Under the pieces are notes generated by a model that saw only the letters and a list, made by a program, of their open reading frames with translations, had not been told where the DNA came from and made no database searches. Made by a program: the position numbers and the translations under genes. DNA of 64,000 bases. It comes from Nemertoderma westbladi. Its lineage: Eukaryota; Animalia; Xenacoelomorpha. The DNA lies in assembly GCA_032718475.1 (NCBI GenBank), contig JAUCBJ010006780.1:52590-116589 (forward strand), in the 5' to 3' direction. Positions 46,434-61,063 of the stretch are shown piece after piece. Within the stretch, counting starts at the first letter, position 1. Each line of letters opens with the position of its first letter.

Positions 46434-48730
46434 TGTTAATCTAAAGATGACCAGATACTGTTGTACCGGTAGGTGGTGGTTGGTAGTATGCTCTGTAGGC
46501 CTATCGTTATTGACTGCTGTATTATAATATAGTAGCGTATGTTTGGTGGTGTGTAAATTGAGTTTACTGTCCCGGTTCTGCATACCGGTATCTTAACTAA
46601 CTGCCACATATATATATATATTATTATTATATTTCTCGATATTGATGATTAACAATTGGTAGCAGAGCGTTGTGAATTTATATTTGCGTAGCAAGCGAAG
46701 AAATTAATGCGAAGTAGTTAATTAAAGGGATAATTTAGCAAGCGACAATTTACGATAATTTGTGTCAGAGGTTAGTGTTTTAGTTGTTTAATTTCAGCGT
46801 TTAGTGTTTAGTACATGCAGTCATGACAGCCCCCAGTCCGTCAACGACAACCTTCAAAATAAACCCTCCAACATTTAATTCCGCCAGTAAGTCATATGAG
46901 CGATACAAGCAGGAGTTGCTCGCATGGAGAGAAATTACAGATTTACCAAAACCTAAACAAGCGATAGCTATTGCTCTCTCCTTTCCAGACAATGATACCT
47001 CGAAAATACGCGAGAAAGTTTTTGATGAAATTCCATTGGATAATTTAAAGTTGGTCGATGGGTTTGACACTCTTGTTAGATTTCTCGATCTGAAACTTGG
47101 GAAAGACGACCTGGAAGACTGTCTGGAGAAATTTGAAGATTTTGAAGATTATTTCAAATCTCAATCAGAAACAATTTTTGAGTATATATCAAACTTCGAC
47201 CAAAAATATCAACGAATAAAGAAGCATAACATCGTACTTCCTGCCGCAGTTTTGGCTTTCAAGTTAATTCGCAATTCGCGTGTTTCTAAAGAGGAGAAGT
47301 TGCTTGTAATTACCGGTTTAGATTATACAAGGAAAGATGAATTATATGATCAGAGTCAAAAATCACTGAAGAAGTTTATTGGCAAATCCATGACATCTGA
47401 TTCCACTACAACTTCAAATCCGGCAATAAAACTAGAACCGCTATTCTTGGCAGAGAATGAGGAGGCATTGGCAGCTGCGGGCTATTATCGTGGCCAGGGA
47501 TATCGGGGGTTTAGAGGCGCTGGTGGAACTCCAGGTGGAAGTAACTACTTCAATTCTACAAGACGAAATTATGTACCTTATAAGCCTAGCAATCTCGGTT
47601 CTTTTCGATCGGGTGTTAATTATCCAGGCGGAGGTGGGAACATTAGATCAAATTTGGTTCAAGAGAGGAAGGTTAACCCATCAGGTACTGACGGCCGTCC
47701 GCTTACTTGTCGATGTTGTGGTTCGTTTCGTCATCTAATAAAAGATTGCCCAGACACCTGGGAAAACATCGCGAAGGTGAATATAACAGACAATGAAAAC
47801 CATAGAACAGATTATGATAATGAACAGCCACTTTATTTTGATGAATCTGAAAATGTCTTGCTTAGTGTATTTGCTTCATCCAATGAAATGTGGCAGTTGG
47901 GGATCGAAGCAACAAATTGCGCAGTTTTAGATAGTGCTTGCACTAGTACAGTATGTGGTGAGAAATGGCTTAATACTTATCTCTCCTCTCTTAATGATGA
48001 TGACAGAAAACGTGTTGCATTTAATTCCAGTAAAAAAATGTTTAAATTTGGAGCTGGTTCCAAACTTGCTTCAAAGGGGGAGTATGTCCTTCCCGCAGTG
48101 ATTGCAGGCAAGAACGTTTCCATCAGAACAGATATTGTTGATTCTGAAATACCTCTTCTACTATCCAAAACATCTATGAAGAGAGCCCAAATGAAGATCG
48201 ATTTAGAGACTGATACTGCAGAAGTTTTTGGTAAAGTTATAGCTTTGAACATGACATCATCCGGTCATTATTGTCTTCCAATTAGTATTCCAGCTGAGGA
48301 GAATATGATTTTTGCTGTTGATTTTAATGGCCTTGAAAAATGTGAATTACACAAAGTTTTATTAAAAATACATCGACAGTTTGCTCATCCTTCATCAGTG
48401 AAGTTTATTAACTTATTACAAGATGCCGGAGTCTGGAAAGATTCATTTTCAGACATTGTAAACAATATTACAGATAATTGTGATGTCTGTAAGCGATTCA
48501 CAAAGACACGCCCAAGACCTGTTGTTGCTTTGCCTATGGCAAATAGATTTAATGAAGTAATCGCAATTGATTTAAAGGCATGGGAATCAGAATGGATTTT
48601 GCATATGGTTGATGTATGGTCCCGATATAATATATCTGTATTTGTTTCAAACAAGAAGACGTCTACAATTGTTGATAAGATTATGCGAAATTGGGTTGCA
48701 TATTTCGGTACTATGGGTGCAATTATGTCC
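46434..48730 (+). mobile_element. 3'-truncated Ty1/Copia (GalEa-like) retrotransposon nested in the leader of Bel/Pao copy 2
   Basis: 221-bp LTR TGTTAAT...ATTAACA (46434-46654); PBS TGGTAGCAGAGCG (46657-46669, tRNA-iMet type); absent from copy 1; host sequence resumes at 48731 (GTATTAAGTAATAA). Confidence 0.85.
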
Positions 48731-48778
48731 GTATTAAGTAATAAATTAGAGCACGTGATCGTCTGCTGTAGGCTATAG
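46823..48778 (+). pseudogene. Copia/GalEa-like gag-protease-integrase, truncated inside the integrase core
   Basis: Knuckle CRCCGSFRHLIKDC; protease VLDSACTSTVCG; integrase IHRQFAH...CDVC and IAIDLK follow the protease directly (Copia order); the last ~15 codons are read from Bel/Pao leader DNA. Confidence 0.85.
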
Positions 48779-49849
48779 GCTAGCGTACAGTAAGACATTG
48801 AGTATATTCTTTTAGGCTGTTAGTTTAGATTACTGTATTCACTGGCTGCGTACAATAGTACAGTAGTACATTAGGCTGATTGCTGTTACTGCGTACGGTA
48901 GAAAGGACATTTGTTTTGCTGTACCACATACAGTATTCTTTAGGCTGTTAGGTTGGTGTACTGTTTTACTTACTGTACTGCATACAGTGGATGTACGGTA
49001 GTGCGTTTTTGCTAATTGCGAATACAGCAGTTCCTTAGGCCTTAGGGCAAATTGTAATTAGTAAGTGTTTTGAAAATTTTAGCTAGGTTTGCGAGAATTC
49101 AGTTTCGGTCAAAATTATTTTGTAAAATTCTAGAGTTTTGTACCGGTATGTTAGGTAACCGCTTAGTTATTTTATACCATCTGGAGATACATGGCAAGAC
49201 GGAACTTCTGAGTTTGGGGTTCGTGTGGGTCTGCGGGTTCGGTTTGCAATCAGCAAAGGGCCTGAATCTTTGGACGCGGACGTGGAATCTCACAGCAAAC
49301 AAGGTTAGTTGTTCTGTTGGCACCATTGTGTTTGTGGAAGCAGTAAAAAATTATCGGTTGTTTAACTGCGAAGCTGAACTCAATTTATTAGTTAGGATAT
49401 TTAGGTTTAGCCGGCCATGGTTTTTTGAATCGCTCAAGTTAGAGAGAGAGTTAGAGAGAGTCGCAACCCGAAGATGTAGCCACGCGCTAGTGGATACATA
49501 TAATATTTGAAATTAAAATTACGTTGATTAGAGCTATATATAAAATTAGAAATATTCGGGTGGCAAGTATATTTTGAATATTTTGTATTAGATTCAAAGT
49601 TATTTTGTGCTATACCGGTATTTAATACTATATAGTAGCTATATAATAATATTTTTGTTTAAATATTGTGCTAGTATTTGCTATAACTATATACCCCATT
49701 AAATTCACAATATTGCATTGCGAATTTATTTTGACATTTTGGACCAACTGATTATTTGACAAATAATTTGACCGTATTTCGGTTAAATTATAATTATATC
49801 TCGAACCTTTGCGAGATATTTTTGCCGGAAGGCAAACATTATTTAGACT

Positions 49850-52800
49850 ATGAGTGTCTCAGACAAGGAGGCACTAGAGGACAGCTATGAGATGGCGGCT
49901 GGACCGCCGACTGACGATAGCGTAAATATTACTGTTGACGACAATGCCGACTATGACGACGCAGCGAGCGACGCTGACGTAAGTGAACAGGAGGACGAGA
50001 CAGTGACTAGTGAGGAAGAACAACAACCAGAGATAATAGTATTAGGATCCCCTACCACTACTGTAAGGAAGGACCGCACAGCAGCCCGGACAGAGGTGAG
50101 TGATAGGGAGGGTAGTGTAGCAGAAGCGAGAGCCCGGAGCCCGGTTTCCAGACCTGTGGGTATGGTAAGTGCCGTGGTCCCGACGGCTGTAAGGAGTACC
50201 CGTAGTTCCCGAAATAATCCTTCAAGTCCACCGAGTGTAAGTCAGGTAAGTGATAGAGAGTTCGACACTGCGATAAAGAAGAAACTTCGCGCGCACGCCG
50301 GACATATAACTCGGACGGCGGACAAGGTAAGGAAAATGTTAGCCGACTCAGCGAACATCGGGAGGGTAGAGTTAGTAGAGATTAGAAGAGGATATAACTC
50401 AGCGTTATTCAAGCAGACGGAGGAGCTTGCAGTCCTAGGGAAGAAGGCAGTAGAGTCTCAGTCGAGCGACGTGGCGACGAGGATTTACGACAGGGTTTTA
50501 GCAGCCTTGTTGGAGCACCGCGAGTTATCGGAGCGATTCCGACGAGTTAGGACGGAGAACTGGCTGCTATGGGCATCACAAGCGCAGGCGACTCAGGTGA
50601 GTGACGCAGAGTTGAGAGACTTAGTGGAGCGAGAAGAGATCCAGGATAAAGAGGAGCGCCGTTATCAGAGGGAAGTTACTAGCTGGCTGATGCAGAATGG
50701 AGTGGTGGTACCGGGTCAGGTGCTACCGACGACGGAGAACATTCAACAGAGGACGTTGACTCCACCCGACGATGCATCCAGAGACAGCAGCGATTCCCAG
50801 GTTAGTCACGCGCGAGGTAAGGTTATATGTGCTAGATCCCTTGTTTCGCACAACTCGGCGGAGGAGAGAAGACGCCGACTAGACGAACAGCAGGCGGAAG
50901 TTTTGCGTGCATCGGAAGCACGGAAGGAAGCCGAGCGGGAACGCGAGCGCACACGTAAGTTAGACGCATAGTTGCGAGAGTTGGAAGAGAAAGGTAAGCG
51001 TGAACAAGCGGAACGCGAACAGGAAGAACGCGAACTCCAACTCCAACGCGAACGCGAAGAACGCGAACTCGAACTCCAACGCGAACGCGAACTCCAACTC
51101 GAACGCGAGCGCAAGGAGCGCGAACTTGAGCACGAGAGGGAGCGACGGGCGTTGTATGAAAAGAAGGCGCGTGTGGAAGAAGAGGGCGCAGCGAGATGAG
51201 CAAGGGAGGAAGAAGAACGTAAACTGGCGCAGTTGGAAAGTGCGAGATTAAGTTTAGAGAGCGAAGAACGGACTAGGAAGGCGAACGAAATCGCCGAGAA
51301 GGGGATGCGAATGATCGAAGAATGTGGGGCGAGTGTAGGGACTGAGTTGCGAGAACTGTTCGCACTGCAGAAGGCCGAACAGGAAGCGAGAACTCCGACT
51401 ATACGCGAGTCGACGACGACCAGAATTCCTATACCCGGTCCAGCTATTACGAGTACACGGATCGCTAAACCGTTCTCTACATATCGCACGCCAGTTGGTA
51501 TTAGTGCTTCACCTATCGCGCAAAATCCACGGCATCAGAACATCGCACCACTACACACCGAACACGACGATGAAGAGTTTAGAGAAACTCAGACGGGACG
51601 AGTACTTGGCGAACCGAACCCGCGGGTTTGGAATACGCGGACGGAGCGCCGACCCAGTTCGACGGAGAACTTCCGGGTTAAACCGGAAGAGGGATCATAT
51701 GAGAGACAGCGGATTACTCAGATAGAGCCGACTATACAACAGAACCCTAGCCAGGAATTTATTACGAGGGATGAGTTAAGTGCTAGTTTAGCGCAAGCTA
51801 TATCGCCGCACATCCAACCTATAACGGACATGCTTAGTAACCTAAGGTTAAAGGAAGCAGCCCAGGTAAGGAGTAATTCTAATCCTAGCAGGCCTGAGTT
51901 AGATAAAGTCCAGCCTAGTCAACGAGTACGCATATCGGAGGAGACTATACCACATAGACCTCAGGTAAGGACGCCTGTCCCGAATATCCATAATCCCAAT
52001 TTCGAAAATTCGGCGGAAAGATTTATTGAGGAAGCTTGGGTCAGGGCCTCGGCGCGCAAACCATCGCGAGCGCTAAGGACTGACACCGAGTCAAGCGATG
52101 AAGAGGAAGAAATGAGACGTCAGAAGTCCCGAAACTATAAGGAAAGAAGGACGGACGCGGAGCAGGTAAGTTGGAACCACCGGGAAAGGAACAGACTTAA
52201 CAACCCTGCGGAACTAAACCATTTGTTAACCCGGAACGACGCAACCCTTAGGGACATAGGTAAGTTTGCTGCTAGGCAAGGACTGCCGACGCAACAACCC
52301 CAGAAGTTTATGGGCAACCATAAGCATTGGAGGACCTTCAAAACCTATGTCGACGAGCAGCTAACCAACAGCACCTTTACTCCCAACGAGAAGTTCAACT
52401 ATTTGCTTCAGATGCTCCATCGAGAACCTAGAGCCATTGCTGATAACTTCGTTGGCAATGAAAGAGCATTCGAGTTAGCGATGAAGACGCTTAGTGACAT
52501 CTACGGGAATAAAACCAAGATGGCGCAGTCGATAGTAGAAGACTTGGGTAAGGGCGGAAGGATTACAACTCCGTTAGAGCTGTTGAACTTAGCGAACGCT
52601 ATTTCGAACGCATTGGACATCTTGAGGACGGTGAATCTACCTCATCATGGTGATCACGCCGAAGTTTTGAAAAGCGTAATAAGACGTCTAAACATGCGTT
52701 ATCGACAGAAATGGCGCAAATTAGAGAATAAGTTGGAGGGCCAAGGTAAAGTATTGACACTTCAGCATATTCATGACATGATAGCCACAGACGCAGTAGC

Positions 52801-55800
52801 AGAGATGAAATCAAACTTCTCAGAAGAGAATATGAGAGAGTCTAAACCTGTTACCGGTAAGTCTATGGTAAGTTTTGACGATGACAGGACCACTGTGACA
52901 TTTAACTCGGTAGACAGATATAATTCGAGTACCCCAGCCTTTAGATCAGACTCGCGAGTATGGTCAGGTGAGCGGTTAGATAGACCTAGGTTAAAGCAAC
53001 AGGAGTTGCCGGATGGATTTGTAGGTTGCCAATACTGTTTACTAAAGGAGGTAAGATTTGACGATCATAAGTTAGATAGTTGCAGACGGTTCAAAGAATT
53101 AAATTCGGAACAGAGAAGAGTTCAAGTGCGGACGTTGGACACCTGTTGGGCATGTCTTGCGCCAGGTCATGTACGGCGGCAGTGCCCGAACAGCAAGGAC
53201 GGATGCATGGAATGCGGCAGACTACATCACAAGTTGCTACATGCGGATTTCCACACCCCAACGGACCGTTACTTACAGCGAAATCCTCACAGGAAGGGGA
53301 GCAAAGAACCCATATCGATAAGGAGGAATACGTACACTGGCATCCAGGACGATGGTTATCAACCAGGTTCGTCGGACGAGGATGGCGAGTCGAGCGCGAG
53401 AGAGGTGACCTGCCAAGGTTTCACCGCGGATAGTTCATCGACCAGCGCGCGGACGTATCTATCATCGGCCACGTCGGAAATATTTAGCGTGATTCCGGTG
53501 AAACTCACTGGCGATAAGGGATCGAAGCGAATATATGTGATGTTGGACACTGCGTCCACATTATCTTATATTGACGAGGAAGTGGCGAGAGCTGTTTCTA
53601 GCTTCCAGGATGCCGAGGAAATCCAAATAGAGTTGAAGTCTATGCATGGGGTAGGAGACCTCAAGGGACACAGAATTTCGGTAGAACTAGACTCCCTACT
53701 TCCGAGAGACCAACACACTCGACAAGAACGGAAAGCTTTGCCATTGGACGGATTTAAGTGTCTAGCTATGAAGGGATTCGGCAGGCAGTTAGGTAAGGTG
53801 CCGCCGATGAGTCCCATAGCACAGGAGTATTTTGACAAGCGCAGGATACCCAGACATCAGGTAGGTTATAGGAATGTTTCCATGTTGATTGGTGCAGAAC
53901 AGCTGATCGCACACCAAATATGGGAAACGAGACCAGCTGAGCCGCATGTCAATGGACCACATGCCCATAGGACCATACTAGGTTGGTATACAAGAGTACC
54001 CATGTCTTATGAGTTTACAGGTGGCGACAAGCCAATGAACAGATACGATGAATTACAGCCTATAATTCAACCACCGTTAGTAGAACCGCCAGACATAGAC
54101 GAGTTTAGGAGAACCTGTATTGACCACTATAGTGACTTTAGCGAGTCGGACGAGGAGTTGATTCCCGATAATGTTAGGTTGTCGGAACCACTTCATAACG
54201 ACCGGACAGATAGTGAACCCGAGGACTACTGTTATCAGACCCGTGGGTCTGGTTCAGCGGCCCACGCTACTTATCTGACTAACGTTTTGACTTATACAGA
54301 CATAGTGGAGGGTCAAGTGGCTAAATATCGAGACCTAGACATTTTCCAATACAGTGAGGAGGAATTACAGAAGGAATTGATACGCCAGGACCTCGAGACA
54401 GGAGCCAGAACCGTCGAATGGCTGGATAGGGACGCAATGGAACCCGGTGGATATGACCTAGCCATGTCTACTGATGAGAAGCGGTCGCTGGAGATGATGG
54501 AAGATACCATACGTCTGCTACCGACTGGACATTTTGAAGTTGGAATGTTGTGGCGTCAACAACCACCTAAGTTGGAGAACAACTACAACTTAGCCTTGAA
54601 AAGATTAAACGGAGTAAGGGCTCGGTTGTTGAGGAATCCGAACATTAGGGAGAAGATTGCACCCAGATCAACAACTATTTTGCCAAGGGATTTGCTGGGA
54701 AGGTAGAGGACCCTGACTTAGTGACAGACCAGACTTATTACCTCCCACACCACTATGTGACTCACCCTGACAAGCCTGACAAAGTCCGAGTAGTCAACGA
54801 CTGCGCAGCAGTCTATAGAGGTATGTCCCTGAATTCAGAGTTGATGGATGATCCCAACCTGAACAATTATTTGATTGGAATACTGTTGCGTTTTAGACAG
54901 CGGCGATTCGCATTTACTTGTGACATCGAGGCGATGTTCCACCAGGTAAGAGCCTGTAAGGCAGACCAGGATAGCCTTCGCTTTCTCTGGTATGAGAATG
55001 AAAACTTATCCGGCCCAGTGGTTACATACCAGATGTACGTAAGGATATTTGGCGCCCGAGATAGTCCAAACGGCACGCTGTTTGTTCTAAAGAAAACGGC
55101 AACAGCCCAGATTGGTAAGTATCCAGTAGAGGTTATCGAGTCCATCTTGAGAAACTTCTACATGGACGACGGATTGGTGTCCAAGGACACAGCGGAACAA
55201 GCCATAGAAGTGGCTCACGGCCTGCAAGAGTGCTTGGCTACAGGGGGTTTTCCTCTAACCAAGGTCACTACGAACTCGGAGGCCCTATTAGAATCGTTCC
55301 CGGTGAAAGATCGCGGGAGCGGAGACATTGAATTGGGGGTAGAACCAATCCCCATGGCGCGAGTACTGGGACTCGCTTGGAACCCGAACTCAGATAAGTT
55401 CCAGGTAAGAGTTAGATTTGAGCCCAGTAGCCCAGACAAAGTTTTGACAAAGAGAATTTGCTTATCGACATTGAGTAGACTATTTGACCCGATGAACTTT
55501 ATCAGTCCGGTAATATTACAGGCACGAGCGTGCATGAGGAAAATTTGGTTGTCCGACCTAGAGTGGGACGAACCAATATCTCCTATACATGCAAAGCAGT
55601 GGAGAGAGTGGGAAGCCGAGTTACATCTATTGAAAAACATAGATGTACCCCGTTCCTACTTTCCGAATCAGCTGGTATTTCCAGCTGATCTCGAACTGCA
55701 TCTGTTTAGTGACGCAAGTGACACCGGCTTTGGTATGGTAGCCTACCTTCGCCGAGAGGTAAGTCAGGACAAATTTGAGACGGCCTTTGTGACTTCTAGA

Positions 55801-58134
55801 TCAAAGACAATGCCGGTCAAATACATGACTGTCCCTCGTGCAGAGTTACAGGCGGCTGTAGTTTCAGTCGAGGTAAGTAAGCAGATAACTGAGGAGTTAG
55901 ACACGACATTGACCTTATTCTATTGGATGGACGCATCCTTAGTGTTAGTATACATTGCGGCCGACAATATTGCACTAAAGACATTTGTGGCCAACAGACG
56001 CGCTCAGATCGTTGATTTTTCGACGAAGGAACAATGGAGACATTGTCCGGGAGTGTTGTACCAGGCCGACATAACTTCGAGAGGTGCAATGCCGGCGGAA
56101 TTCTGTCAGGAAGAGTCGCAGGAGTTTTGGTTACATGGACCTGATTTTCTAACGAGGACACAGGAACATTGGCCAGAGCGACTAAAGATAGTGACCAATC
56201 CGATGCCTGAAGATGCAGAAGTCAAGGTGGAGAAAGTCTCTAAGTCGAAGTCTAAAGCCAAACTTAAGTCATTGGAGCGGCCTGAAGAGTCATTGGAGCG
56301 GCCTGAAGAGTCATTGGAGCGGCCCGGAGACCTATCAGACCAACAGACTTACGTGACTACTAGGTCAGAAAGGGTAAGTTATGACATCAAACCACCCTTA
56401 CAGACTAAACCAGAGTCACAATTGGTAAGTGACGGACAGAAAATGACCGACAAAATGGATCCTTTGGTTTCCAAACCTGCGGGTTTGGATTCGAAACTTC
56501 CATCGACTAGCGGACAACCGTCGCTGGCATTAGAGTCATGCAGTGTTTATGACAAATTACTAAATTCGTCTGCCTCTTGGCTGACAATTTGTAAAAGAAC
56601 TGCGTGGTTAAGCCGATACATTTTGTACCTTTGTTTAAAACATTCGGAACATTTGAGAGAACCATTGAGCACTAATAGTGAGCGAATTCGGAAATTGAAA
56701 CAACCTCTGACAGAGGATGAGATTGATCAAGCGGAATTAAAGCATTTGAAGCATTATCAAATGTGTGCCTTCCCAAAAGAATTCCATCTATTATCGGCTC
56801 AACGACCAGTTCTCTATAAACCCCTTAGAAAATGGAGTCCATTAATCCATAAGGGTTTGATTTGTCATAGATCGAGAATCCAGACTGTCGACATAAACTC
56901 ACAGTCTCGGTTCCCAGTGATAATCCCTAGTCACCCAATAGAATTGCAAAGAGCGATTCTATGGGATATACACAAGAGGTTGCATCACGCGGGAAAGTTA
57001 CACTGTTTGTCGGCAGCGAGACAGCGATTCATTCTATTGCAGCCAAGCAGGGCAGTCGGCACTATGTACGACGCCTGTCTGGTTTGCAAGAGAGTGAACG
57101 CCAGAGTATTGGAACAGGAGATGGCTGAACTCCCGGAAGCGAGAGTGCAGGCATATGACCCACCCTTTACGAACACAGGGGTGGATTGTTTTGGTCCGAT
57201 TGAGGCAAAGAGTGGACGGCTGACCCACAAGCGATGGGGTCTGCTACTGACATGTATGGCTAGTAGAGCCATACACATTGAGCGTGTGGCAGACATGTCG
57301 ACCAAATCTCTGCTCCTGGCCTTAAAGAGATTTATGGCCAGGAGAGGACTAGTAAAGGCGTTCTACTCCGATAAGGGTACAAACTTTGTCGGGGGGAATA
57401 GCGAGTTGAACGCGGCTCATAAAGCGGCACAGAATAAGGAAATTTCTGCAGAACTTTTGCCGCAAAGAGTAGAATGGAGATTTAATACTCCAGAAAGTCC
57501 TTGGAGAGGAGGAAGTTGGGAGCGTTTAGTTCGCTCTGTAAAGCAGGCCATTGCCAAAACATTGCCTGTGAACAAACAACTTACCGACGACGAACTGGTC
57601 ACAGCTTTCATCGAAATCGAGCATACCCTAAACTCGAGGCCGATAGTTATGTTGCCAGACGGTGTTGCATTAACGCCGAATCATTTGCTAATGCAGAGTC
57701 CAGCATTTCTTGTGCCGGCATCAGAACCCTTTAGTGCCGACCTATATAGTCGTAAGAGCTGGAAAATGACACAGTTTATAGCGTACACATTCTGGGAATA
57801 TTGGCGGGAATATTATCTTCCCACCATATCCACCAGAACAAAGTGGTACAAAACGGTTCGGAGTCTCCAAAGGGGAGATTACGTATTGATAACCGAACCA
57901 ATTGTCAAGAGAAAGTATTGGGAGACGGGAGTGATCTTGCATATACACCCAGACGTGCAAAACATAGTGCGCACAGTCACTGTGAAAATTAGGTGCAAGT
58001 GTCCACACCCAAAGAAGTGTAAAACTAATGGTTTGCACACCTTGGACCGACCGGTCCAAGATATTGTGTTATTAGAGGAGACACGTATCGAGACGGGAGA
58101 TTATAATTTGTCTCCTGCCTCAAAACAGAATTAG
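49850..58134 (+). pseudogene. gag-pol: Bel/Pao gag-pol of copy 2, disrupted
   Basis: Same motifs as copy 1; premature TAG 50969-50971, TGA 51197-51199 and a 1-bp deletion at ~54655; shorter ERE-repeat coiled coil. Confidence 0.93.
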
Positions 58135-58892
58135 TGTTGGACGCAACTCACTTCGTATGCATTCCTCGTATGCAGATACAAGGAAATGCATATGAGCGGG
58201 GTTGTGGTGATTTGCGTTGAGTTTTGTCTGGTGGGTATCAAAACAAAATTTTATTTTCAAAATTTTTGGAAAATTAGAAAATTTTAAAAAATTAGAAGTG
58301 AACCCAAGACAATTCCAGACGCTGTGTATAGACACGTTTTAGAATTCGTCTATAGATAAACAGTAATTTGAAAAGTCGTGAAGCCTGGAAAATAGCATTT
58401 AGAAACCATGGTGACGGCTATATTACGTAGGAGTGGAAATTGAGTTTAGCAACTTCCACAGATTGGTGCCAACAGTGCAACTAAGGTGCTAAAGGTTAGT
58501 AGCACCAGAGGCGTACATGGACCCCACTCAGTAGTTCGCAGGATGTGTGATATTCGATTATCAAACCTGTGGGTTTGGTATAGTCGAGTATTGTGGCTAT
58601 GGTCCTTTCTAACTACTGTAGTTTAGTACGAGTAATGGGAGTAGTTTGGGCATCAAAAAGTGAGTTGGTCACGGCCAGTTTATCTCCAAAGTTTTGCGCT
58701 ATGCATGGGAATAGGTTAGAGGATAGTTAGTTAGGAAGAGACGGGATCTAGAGAGTCGAACCTGAACTGCTGGAAGGCGGGGGGGTTCGGGAGGTCTGTC
58801 TTTCGGCGACATCTAACTGATTTACCCACAGTGTAATTGGTTACGTAACGGCACTTATTGGGATATATATATATGTATATACGCGAGGCATA

Positions 58893-60588
58893 ATGGAGAA
58901 GGATATTAGAGCGCAACCGCGCAGAGGATTTACTGCCAGAGAGGAGGCGGAGCTACCATTCGCGCGACCAGGATGTAAAGACTCTAACGTTTACTACCAT
59001 GGGCGGTCCGTGATGGAGCTAAACGGAAAATATAAACCGACTTATGATAAGGAATTACGGAGGGAAAGAATGAGAGCGTTGGGGGACCGGATGGAAGTTT
59101 TGCGGAGAGAGTATCGCACGCGGTATCCCTACGACTTCGCTTTGGACGTATGTGACATTAGTGCAGACCCGGATGAGGAGATCGCACGACTGTACCATAT
59201 GAATATGTATTTACGACACGAAGAACCTCTACCTGCAATCCGAGATCAGTTTGACGGAATGCATCTGTACCGGAGGACTCGAGGCGAGGATCAGGAGACG
59301 CCGAAAGTCTTCAGCGTATAAAAGCTGTTCTACAAGTGTGGTGAATGCATGAATAAGCAAGACGTGGCGATTCCCGACCGACTAGACGAGCAACATCCAG
59401 AACCGATATTAACGCGATGTCCAGCTCACCAGTTCCTTAGATACAACGAGGGAGGTTACCCGATGAGCAACCCGATGATCAGTATCGACTTCAGCGGAAA
59501 GCGACCTCCGAGACCCATTACGCCGACCGTTACGACATTAGATCCATATACGGAGATTAAACCCTGTTCGACACCCAGTTTGATAGAGACGGCAGCGGCC
59601 ATTTCGCTGTACCGAGCCTATAAGGATCTAGAGGCGCGGCGCGAAGCGGCACGGGACTCGGGTACCAAACCCGCGGGTTTGGAGCTCTCGAGTCCCTGGA
59701 CTGCGTTTACTTCACCTCACCGAGCGAGAAGCCTCACGCCTGAGCATCAGGACGACATAGACGCGTTGCGGCAGGAGGAGCGAGCGGCGAAGGCGAAAGA
59801 GTTACCAGATTCAAGCGCAGATGCGTTGGTTACCATTTAAGGCGGGATATGGATTTTGGGCAGTAGACCCATCACATGTTGTGTACGAGCCATATCTACA
59901 ATCGCTACCACAATATCAGGAACTCATCCTAACTGCTCAAGACCTTCCACAGAACACTGGAGTTATCGTAGTCCGAGAATACTTCAGACAGTTGAATATG
60001 GACAATAAGTACACCTGGAACTTCGTTGCTATTTGCGATCGTATCACGAAGGGTGTATTTTCGGAGACTAGAAAAGTGGTACGCGCGCGAGGTGATTGGA
60101 GGATGGCGGCTATACAATACCGCAACGAATTCTTGTTGACTCATGTGCCAGTGGGTTCATTGACCGCTGAGAGGATACAGGAACAGAGGATCGCAGCGAC
60201 CACAGCGACGACCGCTGGAGCTCAAGGCTCGCGGAAGGAACCAGGAGGAGGGGTCCAAGACAAGCGTCAAGTCAAGGACGACCACTATCACTCTATTATA
60301 GAAGCACAGAGGTTGCAGCGCAAGGCGCAGGGAGCGTCGAAAAAAGCGCGAGTGCAACTGCATAAGGAAGAGTTGGCGGAAGCGACCACGGGAGCACGAC
60401 AATTGGGACGAGGCCGAGGAAGAAGCACGAGCCGGGAATCTGTCGGGGCTCAGGGAACATCGTCGCCGGTTCCGGGGAGTGACGCCTCACGGACGCCGTC
60501 AACGGAGTCGACTGGAGGACGACTGGTGTATCTGGGCAGGGGGCGAAAGAGAGGAGCGAGCCCAAAGAACCCAGGAGCGGGTCGATAA
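58893..60588 (+). pseudogene. ORF3 of copy 2, with a premature stop and a ~2.0-kb internal deletion but an intact C-terminus
   Basis: TAA at 59319-59321. The junction at ~59804 joins copy 1 positions ~25216 and ~27229 across a TTA microhomology. C-terminus reads ...EAQRLQRKAQ...GRGRKRGASPKNPGAGR. Confidence 0.88.
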
Positions 60589-61063
60589 TACATTATAGCA
60601 CAGGGCGACAGACTCTAGATATATACATCATCGTCGCTCTGATGTATATTGTAGCATTTAGAAATCTTCGACTAGACTCATATACACTAGTTGAGCTGTT
60701 TTGAATTTATATTATGAGAGAGGCGAAGGAAGTGATTGGGGAGACAAACCTGCGGGTTTGGCTTACTCCTTTCACTTGCCCTAGCAAAATTTTTTATATA
60801 TTTGATCTTGTATGTAGTAATCATTATGTAGTAAGAACGAGAAACAATATTTTGTAAATTTAATTTGAATGAGAGAGATAATATTTGTAAATTTAATTTG
60901 TATGCAATTCATTATGCAATATCTATAGCAATATTCTGTAAATAGTAGGATTTATAGTATCAAGTATTTAGATTATTTGGAAGAAATTTATTTTGTTTTG
61001 TATACATCACCTTATACTCTTCTACAGTTGGAGGGAAACATTATATGATTTCCCTTGGAGCGG

